Shown here: piece after piece, positions 62,405-64,000 of the stretch
Layout: each line of letters opens with the position of its first letter
Numbering within the stretch: position 1 is the first letter of the stretch
Source of the DNA: Amphiscolops sp. MND2022
Taxonomy: Eukaryota
NCBI GenBank assembly: GCA_964187785.1
Contig: OZ076409.1
Location: 29,264,001-29,328,000 of the forward strand
DNA: 64,000 bases
Direction of reading: 5' to 3'
Notes under the pieces: model-generated
What the model saw: the letters and a program-made list of their open reading frames with translations, nothing else
The model's database searches: none
What the model was told of the DNA's origin: nothing
Position numbers and translations under genes: made by a program

Positions 62405-64000
62405 TTTTCCGACAGAGTCTGGTCGTTCTTGGCGTCCATCACCAGAGAGTCAGTCATTTTAAGACCGTTAAGGGAAGTACTCCGAGACGTTCTCGAGAAA
62501 TGTCTCCATGTAACGAAAAGCTCTCACCAAGTCGTAATTTCGCCAAAGAGCCGGAGGAACCTACATCATGGGTGTTTGCCCGGGACAGGCTCCCATAACC
62601 ATAGATCCAGTTTGCCTCCTTCGGGTGAAAGATGTACCGTTAGAGGAGGATTCCGCCTCGTGTGGAGTACTCGCTGACTGTTTCCAGTCTGTAACTGCTA
62701 TTCATAGTGCGAATTACGCTTTTCTATCGAAATTACCACTCAGACAGCCTTCAAAATTGAGATGGTGATAAAGATAAATTCTGTGTCAGGTTATGGTGAT
62801 CTTGTGTCGATCTTGTGGGTTCTCAGCTATTTCATCGATCAGTGCATCAACAGTCAAGTCAGGGCGCTGTTCGCGTTCTCTTGCCAGTAAAAATGAATTG
62901 ACATTATCGTTCGTCCGGAAGGATCGAAGGTGGTAGGTTCAGGACTGCTTTGCATTTGAATTTTTCCACAAGTGATAGTCAAAGGTGTTGCTACATGGGC
63001 TGCCTCTGCTGGTCGCAACATCAAGACCATTTCGTTGTCGCTTGTCGTGTGAGAGGTTTTTGGCTGTGCAGCCCATAGGCTGTAGGCCAAGTCCTCTTGT
63101 ACTGCAGTATTTTGACATTGGGAAGCGGAGTGCTCAGCCATGCCATAATTTAAACAGAATAATGGGCCTGTACATTCGGAAGCTACTTCATCCTCGCGAT
63201 AGTTCACTTGATCAAACTGAGTCACTGGGGGTTGTGGTTTCCTGGCCTGATCTTCAGCTGGGCATTCTCGAGCAAAGTAACCAGGTTGGCCTGTGGATTT
63301 GATGGTGTCATTGGTAGTTCCATTGGCTATTACTTCTTTTCGTCTGGTGCTGCTAGACGGGGGCCATTCATCGTTCGCGGTATGGTATTCATCAGTTAGT
63401 TCTCCCGACGTGGCTCTGGCAGACTGGAATGTGGTTGTCATATGTTTTCCGACAGAGTCTGGTCGTTCTTGGCGTCCATCACCAGAGAGTCAGTCATTTT
63501 AAGACCGTTAAGGGAAGTACTCCGAGACGTTCTCGAGAAATGTCTCCATGTAACGAAAAGCTCTCACCAAGTCGTAATTTCGCCAAAGAGCCGGAGGAAC
63601 CTACATCATGGGTGTTTGCCCGGGACAGGCTCCCATAACCATAGATCCAGTTTGCCTCCTTCGGGTGAAAGATGTACCGTTAGAGGAGGATTCCACCTCG
63701 TGTGGAGTACTCGCTGACTGTTTCCAGTCTGTAACTGCTATTCATAGTGCGAATTACGCTTTTCTATCGAAATTACCACTCAGACAGCCTTCAAAATTGA
63801 GATGGTGATAAAGATAAATTCTGTGTCAGGTTATGGTGAAATTAGTAGCTCACGAGCTAAACTTTTCAGTGAATCGGCGTTTTATCGGTATTTTACTGCA
63901 CAAATCACAGTGTTGTATAATTAGCGAGTTTGAGATCGTTTTTCCACTGCATTTCTGTTCTATGTTTCGTGGGGTCTCTCCTGTCTTTTTTTGTCGTTCT
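62405..64000. repeat. Rearranged 5' end of element 3: leader plus partial LTR (62405-62799), copy of internal 60297-60936 (62805-63444), then leader plus LTR again (63445-64000, LTR from 63549)
   Basis: Exact offsets of 2508 (ORF end 60346 vs 62854) and 1040 (62509 vs 63549); the copies are nearly identical. Confidence 0.92.

Larger units (their letters stand above)
48472..64000 (-). mobile_element. Large decayed Ty3/Gypsy LTR retrotransposon (element 3, at least 15.5 kb); the 5' LTR runs off the window
   Basis: LTR copies starting TGTAACGA at 48472, 62509 and 63549; TGG PBS-like sequence next to the 5' LTR; gag-PR-RT-RH-INT on the minus strand. Confidence 0.93.

Noticed and set aside
62490-62508. 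Assigning a specific tRNA to the element 3 PBS (TGGAGACATTTCTCG)
   Set aside because: Only the first few bases match any tRNA 3' end I can recall.
1-64000. CRISPR arrays, rRNA, tRNA or prokaryotic operons
   Set aside because: No regularly spaced repeat-spacer units or RNA-gene signatures; intron-containing genes show the DNA is eukaryotic.

Overview
Eukaryotic, animal-like genomic DNA: two host genes with spliceosomal introns, and about 75% of the window occupied by three very large Ty3/Gypsy LTR retrotransposons. No rRNA, tRNA or CRISPR seen. Host genes, both on the minus strand: a cytosolic sulfotransferase that looks pseudogenised (3 exons in the window, 21253 to 401) and an SLC13 Na+/carboxylate transporter (8 recognisable exons, 47701 to 42512). 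Element 1 (825-16457, minus) is complete, with 1.7-kb LTRs about 99% identical and a GATAC TSD, and sits in SULT intron 2. Its gag starts about 187 codons inside the LTR, and it carries a spliced antisense gene resembling a zinc-finger/hAT transposase plus a SIM-rich sense ORF. Element 2 (about 22675-38642, plus) has gag, a pol lacking the RT/RNase H core, a class I fusion (baculovirus-F/errantivirus-like) env, and LTRs of at least 3 kb that each carry an antisense JmjC-domain (2OG/Fe dioxygenase) gene. This LTR-borne JmjC is the most striking observation. Element 3 (48472 to beyond 64000, minus) has decayed gag-pol, a tail with two Macro-like domains, a long SGNH-like accessory ORF and a template-switch-like rearrangement at its 5' LTR. 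Also present: a pogo-like DNA transposon, a CRE-like non-LTR fragment and a Gypsy pol fragment. All domain calls are by-eye motif recognition; no database searches were run.
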